64,000 bases of DNA from Phycisphaerales bacterium (GTDB lineage: Bacteria; Planctomycetota; Phycisphaerae; WQYP01), in assembly GCA_027451365.1 (NCBI GenBank), contig DAIDJN010000059.1, positions 32,001 to 96,000 on the forward strand, read 5' to 3'. Below are positions 54,978 to 64,000 of the stretch, in pieces (position 1 is the stretch's first letter; every line of letters starts with the position of its first letter). Both the position numbers and the translations under genes were made by a program. The notes under the pieces were generated by a model, which saw only the letters and a program-made list of their open reading frames with translations, did not search any database and was not told the origin of the DNA.

Positions 54978-57900
54978 TTATTGAATTCGCAATTGGGCTT
55001 GCAATTGCCGGTAATGTTTGCGGGCGTTCACGGAAAGTTCCTGCAACTGTGTGGCATCGGGGCGGAAACCTGCCAGAACCGAACGCGCCTGGGCTGTATT
55101 GCCGGAGGCCAGAAGAATTGCCGCCGTATCCACCGGCCATAGCGGGTTGTTCGGGTCCAGCGCCTTGGCCTTGGCCATAGATGTCAGTGCCTGCGGATAT
55201 TTTCCTTCGGCGGCTTGTACCCGCGCCAGGGTATCCCACAGTGTGGGGCTTTGGGGCGCAAGATTGATCGCCTGATGGGCCAGGGTCGCGGCCCGTTCAA
55301 TGTCGGCCGGCGACAGGGGGGATTGCCGCAGCAGAAGAATGGCCAGATTGTTCAAAGCGATGGTCTGTTTGGGATCCAGGGTCAACACCTGGTTATAAAT
55401 TCCGATGGCCGGGGCATTTTGTCCGCTGACCAGTTCAATGGTGGCCAGGTCTGATAGCAGATTGATTTTCTGGGCCTTGTTGAAATTCTGACCGCTGGCC
55501 AGCAAAGAGCGGATCAGCGATTCGGCGCGTGCCGTGGCGGCGGCGTTGTGAAACCGCTGCCCAATCGCCCACCAGCCCTGGGCCAGAGCCAGTTGTTCAC
55601 GATTGCCTTTTGGTCCAGTAGTTATGTATTTAGATATATAATTAATCCAGTTCGTGGCGGACCGCAACGGCAGGGTTTCGGCGGCCAGCGGCATGGCTCC
55701 TATGCGGACACTTGCGGATATTTTCGCCAGGGGCCATAACAGCTGGCGCGCCGCGATGGGGTCTGCGTTCAAAATGTCGGCTTGCGCCGCAAGAATTAAA
55801 AGCTGGTGCAACTGATCGGGATTTTGTTTTGCCTGGGCCAGATACGGCTTTATCCGGCTGATCGCGCTGGCGGGGTCTTCCAGATTAATATCGGCGGTTG
55901 CCATCACCACATCCGCCGCCACACGGTTGCCGCTCATGCGTTTCCGCCACTGTTGTGCCGCGTTAAGGCAGCTTGCCCATTGTCGCAACTGTAAATAGGC
56001 CAGCGCGGCGATACGCGCACTGGAAGGGTCCGCTGGAAATTTTGCCATTGTGCGAATCGCCAGGGATGCCGCATCCGCGGCCTGTCCGGTGGCCAGCAGA
56101 ACTTTTGCGGTGGCGTTTCGCAGATCAAGGTCATGCGGATATTCCACCACCAGCGATTGAAGCCGTGCGCTTATGGCTGTATTGCTCGGCTTGCCGGTAA
56201 GTGCGTCGGCAAGTGCCAGCACCACCGGCTGGGTGCCATCGGGGGCGGGGGTTTGCAGCAGAGCGGACACTAGCCGCCGAAAAAGGACTAATTTGTTTAC
56301 TTTCAGCACGGCTGCCAGATTGTTGTTCAGGAACCGCAGCGTGGTGTTGTGCGGCAATTCGGCTGTTGCCGCCGCAAGCGTTGCTTTCACCGCCGAAGTG
56401 TCGTTCAGGGCAAGTTCAAAATTCAGGAGGGAAAGCCATGGCGACGAACGCTTGGGAGCCGCCTGCACGGCGGCATTGTACGCGTCTCTGGCTTGCGCAC
56501 CCAAATTGTGATTCATATAAAAGTCGCCGGCAATAAGATCGGCCTCTCCAGCGGGAAGTTTTATTGTGGCCAGCCGATCAAGCAGCGCCTGGGCGCGCTT
56601 CAAATTTCCCTGATCTCCGTAAAAGTTGGCGGCCGCGGCCAGCACCGCCGCATCGGGTTTTTTCAGGAGTTGGTCAAACAGTGTTGCGGCCGCCGCGGTA
56701 TTTCCCGCACGTTGATAGAGTTGTGCCAGCAGCAGCGACCGGGCGAGTCCCAGTTTGTGGCTTTGGGCCTGCTTTTCCAGCAGGGTAATGGCCTGACTGT
56801 TATGTCCGTCTATGGCAAAAAGCGTCGCGGCTTGTTTCTGTTGTGCGGGTGTGGCATAACTGGAATCAGCCACATCGGCCAGGTACTGTTGAGCATGGCT
56901 CGTGCGCCCCTGTTTTTGATACAGTTGTGCCAGCGTGAGTGCCAGACCGGGATTTCGCGGAGTAAGTGCATATGCCACTTGAAGCTGATTGATCGCCTGG
57001 GTAATTTTTCCCTGTTTCTGGTATACGGAAGCAAGCAGCAAATGCGGCCCCAGCACGCCGTTAGATTCCTGAATATCTTCATGAAGCAGTTTCACCACAA
57101 GTTTGAGATCCGCCGGTGTCGGCTTGTGGCTTAGCAGCCAGCCAGCCTTGCTTAGCTTCCATGCGAAACCGCGATTGCCGATAATTTTTTCCAAGCGGTT
57201 AAAAGCACCGAGTACAAACTTCCGGTCATTCTGCATGATGGGGGATTCAATCGCCAGCCATTGGGCCCGTGTGTTGTCCGGACTGGCGGCGACCGCTTTT
57301 TTCCATGCTTTTGCGGCCGCCGGATTTTTCTGTATCGACAGATATTCCGCCAGTGCAAGCCGCCATTGTGCCGCATCGGGTCCGGTTCTCTGGCTGTTCT
57401 GCCGCAGCAGAGTGAACCCCTGGTTGGGATGTTTAGCCTGGGCCAACAGCAGCGCACGGGCCAGCACGATGGCGGGCGTTTTTCCATACGCATGTTCGGC
57501 CTGCGCCAGAACGGTGGTGCCAAGGCCTAATTTGGCATTATGGCTGATACTATACAGGGCTAAAAAGGCCGTCTGGGGCAGCGGCGGCTTTTGCCGCAGT
57601 GCTTGAATCAGCAGTTGTTTTGCCTTGGCGGTCTGGCCCAGTTGCAGATAAACCCGTATACGCGTAATCACCAGATCGCTGTCAACCGGCTGCTGGTGGG
57701 CCAGCTTGGCCAGATCTGTCAGCAGGGCAACGGGAGGGTGCTTTGGATTAAGTGGTGTGCTGGCCACCCGTACAATTGCCTGGGCGGCCTGAAGCCGAGG
57801 CGAATCCGGTGCCAGTTTTACAGCCTTGTGCATAATGGCCCGCGCAAAGGCGGCGTCGCCGCCCCTGACAGATTCCATGGCCAGGCGTTCCAGGGGCTTC

Positions 57901-59156
57901 GGCCAGGTAAGTGCGGCGCTGGCGGCCACCAGCCAGTATTGCCGGGCAACTTCAGGCTCGCCGGCCCGCTGATAGGCGTTGCCCAGGCGATATAGAAAAT
58001 ATGGCTGATCGGGAAACGTGGCCTGGGCTGTTTTTAAAACGGAAATTCGGGTTGCGTCCGTCACCTGTTTATTCAGTCGCAGGGCCAATACCGCGGCCCA
58101 GTTCTGGGCGGCCGGCGTGGATATCTTTTTGAGTGCCGCGATGATCTTCCGGGCGGCGGATTTTTCATGCAGGGCCAGCAGCGAACGGGCCTTGTAGGCC
58201 GCCAGAACTTCGTTCTCCATCGGGTTGACGGTTTTGGTGATGGCCAGCACCTGATGGTTGTGGCCATGCTGGTAAAGACGCTCGCAAAGCGCCCGCAAAA
58301 TATCTTTTTGCGCGCCGTCGGCCACCGCATTGCGCAACACCACGGTGGCGCGTTTCGAGAGGTTTAACCGATCCAGTTGATTGACCAGGGGCAGAATCAG
58401 GACTTGCGGCAGGTGTCGCAGCCGTGACAGCCGCAGAATAATGGTGGTGGCGCGGGACACATGGCCGGACACCAGATTCGCCACGGCCTGCAGGAATTGA
58501 TACGCGGGCGCGGAGGGGTTTTTCTTCACAAGATTTTGCGCCCAGATCGTAATCTGGCGGTTGGGGAGCTGTTGCTGGCGCATCAGTTCTATTGCCAGGA
58601 GGCCTTCCCTGAGCCGATCTGGAGAAAGTTCTACACATCTAGATGCGTAAGTAAAAGCCTCTGAAAGCTTGCGAAGCCGTGTGAGCGCCTGGGCCAATGC
58701 GCTAAGCGCGGTCAGATTCCGCGGGTCTTTTTGCAAAATGGTATGGGCCAGGGTGACCGCTTCCACGTTGGCGTTGGTCTGAATCAGCAGTTTCAGAAGC
58801 ATCGTCTGATATTTCAGATCGCCCGGAACCTGATACAGAATCTGGTGGAGCACGCCGATCGCCTGGAACAGATTGCGTCCCCGCGGCTGCGGTACTTTCA
58901 AACTGGCTTTTGCATAAGCCTTCAGGCTTGCCAGATCCGAAGGGTTCTGCCCGAGATAGGCGCCCAGGTCATTGACACCGGTCGGATAATTACCGGCTTT
59001 TACCGCGGCCAGCCCGGCGGCGCGTAAATGCAGGAAATGCTCCGCAATCCGGTGTTTCCGGTAGATATAAAGTGACCCAAGCACGAAAACCAGAATCAAA
59101 AACGACGTCGCCAGTATTAAAAGACGGCGTTTCATTCTGCTGCGGGGAGGAGCCAT
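54978..59156 (-). CDS. Large TPR-repeat protein (PrsT-like, exosortase/EPS-associated)
   Basis: N-terminal TM anchor followed by Ala/Leu-rich helical repeats (ALNNLA, WDTLA); ATG 59156 chosen as start. Confidence 0.8.
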   Translation of the reverse strand: MAPPRSRMKRRLLILATSFLILVFVLGSLYIYRKHRIAEHFLHLRAAGLAAVKAGNYPTGVNDLGAYLGQNPSDLASLKAYAKASLKVPQPRGRNLFQAIGVLHQILYQVPGDLKYQTMLLKLLIQTNANVEAVTLAHTILQKDPRNLTALSALAQALTRLRKLSEAFTYASRCVELSPDRLREGLLAIELMRQQQLPNRQITIWAQNLVKKNPSAPAYQFLQAVANLVSGHVSRATTIILRLSRLRHLPQVLILPLVNQLDRLNLSKRATVVLRNAVADGAQKDILRALCERLYQHGHNHQVLAITKTVNPMENEVLAAYKARSLLALHEKSAARKIIAALKKISTPAAQNWAAVLALRLNKQVTDATRISVLKTAQATFPDQPYFLYRLGNAYQRAGEPEVARQYWLVAASAALTWPKPLERLAMESVRGGDAAFARAIMHKAVKLAPDSPRLQAAQAIVRVASTPLNPKHPPVALLTDLAKLAHQQPVDSDLVITRIRVYLQLGQTAKAKQLLIQALRQKPPLPQTAFLALYSISHNAKLGLGTTVLAQAEHAYGKTPAIVLARALLLAQAKHPNQGFTLLRQNSQRTGPDAAQWRLALAEYLSIQKNPAAAKAWKKAVAASPDNTRAQWLAIESPIMQNDRKFVLGAFNRLEKIIGNRGFAWKLSKAGWLLSHKPTPADLKLVVKLLHEDIQESNGVLGPHLLLASVYQKQGKITQAINQLQVAYALTPRNPGLALTLAQLYQKQGRTSHAQQYLADVADSSYATPAQQKQAATLFAIDGHNSQAITLLEKQAQSHKLGLARSLLLAQLYQRAGNTAAAATLFDQLLKKPDAAVLAAAANFYGDQGNLKRAQALLDRLATIKLPAGEADLIAGDFYMNHNLGAQARDAYNAAVQAAPKRSSPWLSLLNFELALNDTSAVKATLAAATAELPHNTTLRFLNNNLAAVLKVNKLVLFRRLVSALLQTPAPDGTQPVVLALADALTGKPSNTAISARLQSLVVEYPHDLDLRNATAKVLLATGQAADAASLAIRTMAKFPADPSSARIAALAYLQLRQWASCLNAAQQWRKRMSGNRVAADVVMATADINLEDPASAISRIKPYLAQAKQNPDQLHQLLILAAQADILNADPIAARQLLWPLAKISASVRIGAMPLAAETLPLRSATNWINYISKYITTGPKGNREQLALAQGWWAIGQRFHNAAATARAESLIRSLLASGQNFNKAQKINLLSDLATIELVSGQNAPAIGIYNQVLTLDPKQTIALNNLAILLLRQSPLSPADIERAATLAHQAINLAPQSPTLWDTLARVQAAEGKYPQALTSMAKAKALDPNNPLWPVDTAAILLASGNTAQARSVLAGFRPDATQLQELSVNARKHYRQLQAQLRIQ

Positions 59157-59205
59157 ATGGTTCTCCAGAAAATACCTGCCATGCCAAATGTGTTCGGCAG
59201 TTTGT

Positions 59206-59835
59206 TCAGCGGTCAAAAATGGCGGTTTGACGGGGCAATGCTGTGCCATTCCATTGTTCGTGACCAAGACCGATCCAGAGCGGGCGTGCCGGCGATTGCA
59301 TCAATCGAGCATCGGCATTGGCCGGACCGCGGATCTTGCGGCCCAGCTTGGTGACGCCCTCTATGGTCAGTTCCGGATCGTTCCAGTCGCGCGCCAGTGA
59401 TCCGACATATTCCTCAGCTTGTTCCGGACCATAGACACGACCAGGAATTCGGATGGCTGCATTATCCGGAAAAGCGGCTCGCAAAGCCATCCAAGGACGT
59501 GATTTTGCCGCCATACCCGCCCAGAATTCCGCCACAGTTGGCAATACGGTCATGGCCAGTCGCAGGGGTTTGTCATATCCGGCCTGCGGCTTTAACCCGA
59601 TCAGATAAAGCGAATGATGCACCCAGTAATGCCGTTCCAGAACCGCGTGCAAATGCAGTCGCACCAGTGCGGAACCTTCCGTAAGCAGATAGACCCTTGT
59701 CGCGCCCGCCGCGGGCAAGTGGCCTCCGCGACGCACCACGGCCACTTCGCGAGCCATCCAGTATCGGTCGTGAAGGTCAACGACCGAAAGCCCCCAAAGC
59801 TGCAGTGGCTGGTTATTCATTGGCGGATTTGTCAC
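59206..59835 (-). CDS. Hypothetical protein
   Basis: 209-aa ORF filling the gap between wzc and the TPR gene on the operon strand; no motif recognised with confidence. Confidence 0.6.
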   Translation of the reverse strand: MTNPPMNNQPLQLWGLSVVDLHDRYWMAREVAVVRRGGHLPAAGATRVYLLTEGSALVRLHLHAVLERHYWVHHSLYLIGLKPQAGYDKPLRLAMTVLPTVAEFWAGMAAKSRPWMALRAAFPDNAAIRIPGRVYGPEQAEEYVGSLARDWNDPELTIEGVTKLGRKIRGPANADARLMQSPARPLWIGLGHEQWNGTALPRQTAIFDR

Positions 59836-62326
59836 TGGCAGTTCCTGTATGTCCGGATTCGTGTTTTATATCTTCATCAGAAGACTGCACGGAAACGCCC
59901 ACTGCGCATGCCAAAGGCCCAAGCTTTCGCAGCGATTCCAACGCCGCGGGGTCCGGATCGGTTACCGGCACAGATGAGCTGTCCTGCGCGCGGTAACTGC
60001 TGTTATATGAATATTCATGACGCGAGACATCTTTTTCGCTGGCCCTGTTGAAAATCACACCTTCCAGTCGCGCGCCGACGGAAGTCAGGTAGCTGGTGGT
60101 GCGTTCAATCAGGCCGCGGGTTTCACCGCGCGCCACCACCAGTACCACGCCATCCACCTGTCCGGCGATGAGTGCGGATTCAAGGGAACCCAGCACTGGT
60201 CCGGAATCCAGCAGAATCATGTCATAGGTCGATTTGGCATTCTGAATCATCAGGCGAATTGCCGCCGGCGAAAGATGATTGGCGTGATGCGGCCTCGCCC
60301 GCCCCAGTGCCAGCACATCCAGGTTTTTAATCTTGGTTTTGCTGACGCAGTTATCCAGCGGTTTGCCCAGCGCGGCATCCAGCAATCCACGGCGCGACCG
60401 TCTTTGCGATGCCAGCACTTTGTCCAGATTTTCCGGGGTGATAAGCCCGCGCTGCAGCAGTTCCCACCCGATCGGCCTTCGCGATTCCCTGGCCGCGGCG
60501 ATGGCATCCTGGAGTTGTTCGGGGCTGATCATTTTTTCTTCCACCATGATTTCCCCGAGCCGTCGGCTTCGGGGAATACCCATGCGGTCGGTCAGCGTGC
60601 CGGTCACAAGGTCCGCATCTATCAACAGTGTGCGGGCACCGGATGCCGCATACGACATCGCCAGGGCAATGGCCAGACTTGTTTTGCCGGCTCCAGCCGT
60701 CGGGCTGGTGAATGCCAATGCCCGTGGCCCGGGCGCGCTGGCCTGAACCTGCAGCAATCCGCGGATTCGGTGAATCACACTGGCGCCCAAGGCCAGGTCC
60801 AATGGCATGGCCGCTCCGTTGGCCGGCAATTGGGGAACAATTCCCAGCATGCGCCGGGAACCAAGCGTCGTAATATTCACATCCCCCGAATCACGCATGT
60901 TTCCGCCAATAAATCCGACCAGGGCCATCACCCCGAATCCCAGGAGAATGCCCAGCAGTCCCAGCGCTGCGGCTATAGGTTTGCGCATGTCTTTGGAAGG
61001 TGATCCCGGCTCGCTGCCCGTACTGATGATCCGCACGCGCCCGCCGGTGGCTGCCTCCATATTAATTGCTTCAACGCGCTGTTTAATGTGCTGAAGCTGC
61101 TGGCGCACATAATCCGCATGTTGCTGCAGACTAAGGACTTTGGAATAGCGGGTGCCCAGTTCCAGAGTTTGAGCTTTGACGGTCTGATACAGCTTACCGA
61201 GTTGATGTTCGCTGGCCTTAAGCATAGCCAGTGAAACCGGCATTCCGGAAACGTCAGTGGTGGGTCCGGACAAATTAACCGGTACTTTTCCCTTAAGACT
61301 TTCACGGTAAAGAGCCTCTTCCTGCCGAACCGAGTCAAGTTTCGCCTGCTCGGTCAGAACCTCGTGATTGTATTTTCCCAGCCCTTCCAGTTTCAGTGCA
61401 TGAATGTGCTGGGCAATGCCCATGGCCTGCAGATGCATTTGCTGCAGGGTGGAATCGGTCAGTTCGGCGGGCGGCGGTGCCTTAACGCCTTTCTTTTTAT
61501 TGGCTTTTTCACTTGCCGCCGCCGCGCCCACCTTCGCCAGGGCGATGCGCGACTGCTGCCATTGGCTGTCAATTTTGGTCATCAGATTCAGTTTGTAGTT
61601 GTACACCACTCCCAAACCATTGACGCCATACTGGCTGGACAACGCACTGATCTGGGTCAGGGTGCTTTGAAGATCATTTTCCAGGACCGTTTGCCGGTCG
61701 CGCAAGGCCCGCATCTGCAGGTTCTGAGTCACGTAATCGCCCTGGCCGTAAAGTTTGTTATAGGCTTCCACAATGGCGTGGGCACCAATCACCGCGACTT
61801 GCGGATTCAGGGCGGAAAAATCAATCGTAATAATTTCACTTCCCGGAACACGTACCACTTTCAGGCTTTTGGCGAAGGCCTCTTTTGCCTCCGGGGTAAG
61901 GCCTCGCTTAAGCGCCGCCCATTTCGGGTCCTGCATGGCCAGGTCAATGGTGTCGCGGCTTTGAATCAGCGCGGTTTGTGAGGCGACATAGGCACTGAAC
62001 ATCGGCATCGCCTGGTTTTCCGATGTCGTGTACAAAATTCTGGGCAGGTAGGGCAGAATGCGGATTTCCGCCGTGCTGGTGTAAATCGGCTTGATTGCCT
62101 TGAGTCCCACCACTATGCCCACCACCGCCAGCACCAGGCCGATGATTAAAGCCTTCACATATCTGCCGCGCAGTAACTGGTGCGCCACCAGCAATGGATT
62201 GGCGGCCGGTTCATTGGTCATTCCGGAGGTCGCGGCATATGAATCAACCATTGGTTCGCCCTGCCACAAGGCTGGAGAATTATCATTTTGCGTGATCATT
62301 GGAAACTCCGTGTAGGATCGCATCAA
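59813..62326 (-). CDS. wzc: Wzc-like polysaccharide co-polymerase/tyrosine kinase with an inserted MshEN-like domain
   Basis: Two TM helices flanking a coiled-coil region, Walker A TSPTAGAGKTS, LLIDAD, LLDSGP, C-terminal YSYNSSY; start may be 62299. Confidence 0.85.
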   Translation of the reverse strand: MMRSYTEFPMITQNDNSPALWQGEPMVDSYAATSGMTNEPAANPLLVAHQLLRGRYVKALIIGLVLAVVGIVVGLKAIKPIYTSTAEIRILPYLPRILYTTSENQAMPMFSAYVASQTALIQSRDTIDLAMQDPKWAALKRGLTPEAKEAFAKSLKVVRVPGSEIITIDFSALNPQVAVIGAHAIVEAYNKLYGQGDYVTQNLQMRALRDRQTVLENDLQSTLTQISALSSQYGVNGLGVVYNYKLNLMTKIDSQWQQSRIALAKVGAAAASEKANKKKGVKAPPPAELTDSTLQQMHLQAMGIAQHIHALKLEGLGKYNHEVLTEQAKLDSVRQEEALYRESLKGKVPVNLSGPTTDVSGMPVSLAMLKASEHQLGKLYQTVKAQTLELGTRYSKVLSLQQHADYVRQQLQHIKQRVEAINMEAATGGRVRIISTGSEPGSPSKDMRKPIAAALGLLGILLGFGVMALVGFIGGNMRDSGDVNITTLGSRRMLGIVPQLPANGAAMPLDLALGASVIHRIRGLLQVQASAPGPRALAFTSPTAGAGKTSLAIALAMSYAASGARTLLIDADLVTGTLTDRMGIPRSRRLGEIMVEEKMISPEQLQDAIAAARESRRPIGWELLQRGLITPENLDKVLASQRRSRRGLLDAALGKPLDNCVSKTKIKNLDVLALGRARPHHANHLSPAAIRLMIQNAKSTYDMILLDSGPVLGSLESALIAGQVDGVVLVVARGETRGLIERTTSYLTSVGARLEGVIFNRASEKDVSRHEYSYNSSYRAQDSSSVPVTDPDPAALESLRKLGPLACAVGVSVQSSDEDIKHESGHTGTASDKSANE

Positions 62327-63035
62327 TCAGCTTCCAGTTCGGTTTTAGAAGCTGATAAAAAACCTTCATCCGATCCGTCGGAAGCATGTTGCCGGGCAGT
62401 GTCAGTTCCAACTGCGCGGCACCGAAAAATCGATCATTAAAAGTACCGGCATGACGGATAAATTCCTGTTCCGTGGGCAGGAATCGTCCATCCGGCATTA
62501 CGAAAAAGTCCTCAACATAAATTTGCGTTTCTGTATCAAAACTTCCCCGACGAAATTTGTATTCCATTCCCGGTATGCGGTATCCGGCAATTTTCCAAAT
62601 TCGCTTGGTTGATTTTTCCAGAATCCACCCATTGCCTGGATAGCAATTGGGGGGATAATGCCCCGTCAGGTTACGTGTGTCGGAACAGTCAATTATCATC
62701 AGGGTTGCAGCTTGCCCGGTCCGATTGTTGGTAAACTCCCTGCAGAAATCAACAGTGGGCTGCAACAGCGAAACGGCAGATCGCGGCAACGGAACATCAC
62801 GGCCGTGCCAATTGCCGAAATGATGCGGCAGGCTTGCGGCGATCGCCATGACATGCGCCCGGTATTTTCGTGCCCCATGCGGAACGGGCCGGAAATAGCC
62901 GCGAACATTGATCGCCAACAGCAGCAGCAGCGCCAGAATCAGTGGTGCGGCCCGCCAGAGGCGATCCCGTCCGGAAACGGCGCGGCACCTGCCCGACGCA
63001 TTTTCTGCGGAACGTTTACTCATATCCCAACCCAT
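62283..63035 (-). CDS. epsI: Exosortase-associated EpsI family protein
   Basis: LPHHFGNWHG, HYPPNCYPGNGW; adjacent to exosortase. Confidence 0.8.
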   Translation of the reverse strand: MGWDMSKRSAENASGRCRAVSGRDRLWRAAPLILALLLLLAINVRGYFRPVPHGARKYRAHVMAIAASLPHHFGNWHGRDVPLPRSAVSLLQPTVDFCREFTNNRTGQAATLMIIDCSDTRNLTGHYPPNCYPGNGWILEKSTKRIWKIAGYRIPGMEYKFRRGSFDTETQIYVEDFFVMPDGRFLPTEQEFIRHAGTFNDRFFGAAQLELTLPGNMLPTDRMKVFYQLLKPNWKLIDAILHGVSNDHAK

Positions 63036-63948
63036 AAGGCGTAACCGGTACTGCCGCCCACCGCAGCAGTTTCAATGTGCTCCAGAATAGCAGAAATGCG
63101 ACCGGAAGCATCAACCAGCCGGCGGTATCGTGAAATAATTCGGCAGTCGCATGCGGATAGTTGCCAAAAACCCACACAGAGGGGACCAGACGCACAATAT
63201 TGCAGAAAAGTGCCACAAACGGACTGCTGATGATAAAAATAGCCCGCGCCACGCGATTCATGGGTGTCGCCAGGGCATACGTCGCCACCAGAATCATAAG
63301 GGCGATCGCCATTCGCAGGCCATCACAGGCTTCCGCGACTTCCACTTTAATATGATTGACAATCAGCACATTACCGGCCCGCGCCACCGGTACGCCAATA
63401 ATTTCCAGCACCTGCTGGCTGATGCGGCTGGAAAGCTGCTCCAGCGGAACGGAGATTTCCTGCCGCACCGTTGCCGGTACGGGCACCAGAAAAAGCAATA
63501 CCAGAATGGCCGGGAAGAACTTCTTCACAACATCAGTGCCCAAGGCCGCCATTCCCGCCCCAAACGCCATAAGTAATGAACCAAATTGCCAGAAAACCGC
63601 CATGCCGTGCCTGACGCCAAAATGGCTCACAAGAAACCCGCAAGCAATCACCAGCGGTCCCCACCAGCGCCCGGTCAGACGGCAATCGCGCCAGCGAAGC
63701 CGCCGAACCCATGTTAGCCAAATAAAAAACAGCGGTACCAGCAGGATGTGGCTGGAATCCTGGTCATTCATAGCAATATGGTAAATGTCTTTCCAGGCGG
63801 GCAATTGCACAAATACCGCTACGGTAATCATGCCGGCTGCCGCCAGCAGATTCCACCAGCCCAGCCTGTCCCGAGGTGCGATGCGGGTCGCTCTGGCGAG
63901 AGGCCAAGATTTTGTCTTGGCATCTGGAACGGTCATTGTGTTTGTCAT
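63016..63948 (-). CDS. Exosortase (EpsH family)
   Basis: SHILLVP, VAEACDGLR (catalytic Cys), NIVR, FHD; about 8 TM helices. Confidence 0.92.
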   Translation of the reverse strand: MTNTMTVPDAKTKSWPLARATRIAPRDRLGWWNLLAAAGMITVAVFVQLPAWKDIYHIAMNDQDSSHILLVPLFFIWLTWVRRLRWRDCRLTGRWWGPLVIACGFLVSHFGVRHGMAVFWQFGSLLMAFGAGMAALGTDVVKKFFPAILVLLFLVPVPATVRQEISVPLEQLSSRISQQVLEIIGVPVARAGNVLIVNHIKVEVAEACDGLRMAIALMILVATYALATPMNRVARAIFIISSPFVALFCNIVRLVPSVWVFGNYPHATAELFHDTAGWLMLPVAFLLFWSTLKLLRWAAVPVTPYGLGYE

Positions 63949-64000
63949 GGTCACACAAATATAGTACGTCTATGGCAATCCGTTTGGCGGTAATTTCCGC

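Noticed and set aside
60017..61003. Long plus-strand ORFs (e.g. 60017..61003, 52769..53659, 56349..57134)
   Set aside because: Antisense shadows of well-supported minus-strand genes, with no motifs.

Overview
The window has three parts, and almost all genes are on the minus strand. The genome is probably a planctomycete (Phycisphaerae-like); this is inferred from the long ACP/FabZ pair, the FolC and the exosortase locus, and was not verified. (1) 0-11.6 kb is an alternative complex III operon (actABCDEF, an ActG-position protein carrying a cytochrome c, SCO) leading into a cytochrome c oxidase subunit II with two C-terminal heme c domains. (2) 11.6-26.4 kb is housekeeping genes: trmB, xerC, folC, ACP, fabZ, ArsR, pheA and others. 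(3) 26.4-64 kb is a large exosortase-associated surface polysaccharide locus: exosortase, EpsI, Wzc, TPR protein, WecA-GT fusion, Wzm/Wzt, ligase/polymerase, many glycosyltransferases and two acyltransferases. The most unusual signal is confined to about 31-53 kb of the polysaccharide locus. It is a family of short-period repeats (7, 8, 9, 10 and 27 nt) arranged as inverted arms around conserved pivot motifs. These repeats enclose two small passenger genes (a GxxExxY PD-(D/E)XK nuclease-like gene and an Avd-like four-helix-bundle gene), fill intergenic gaps, and are inserted in frame into several glycosyltransferases and acyltransferases. Other notable points are an MshEN-type c-di-GMP motif inserted into the Wzc kinase domain and an acyltransferase frameshifted at a T9 tract. 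No rRNA, tRNA, CRISPR array, transposase or reverse transcriptase was recognised.
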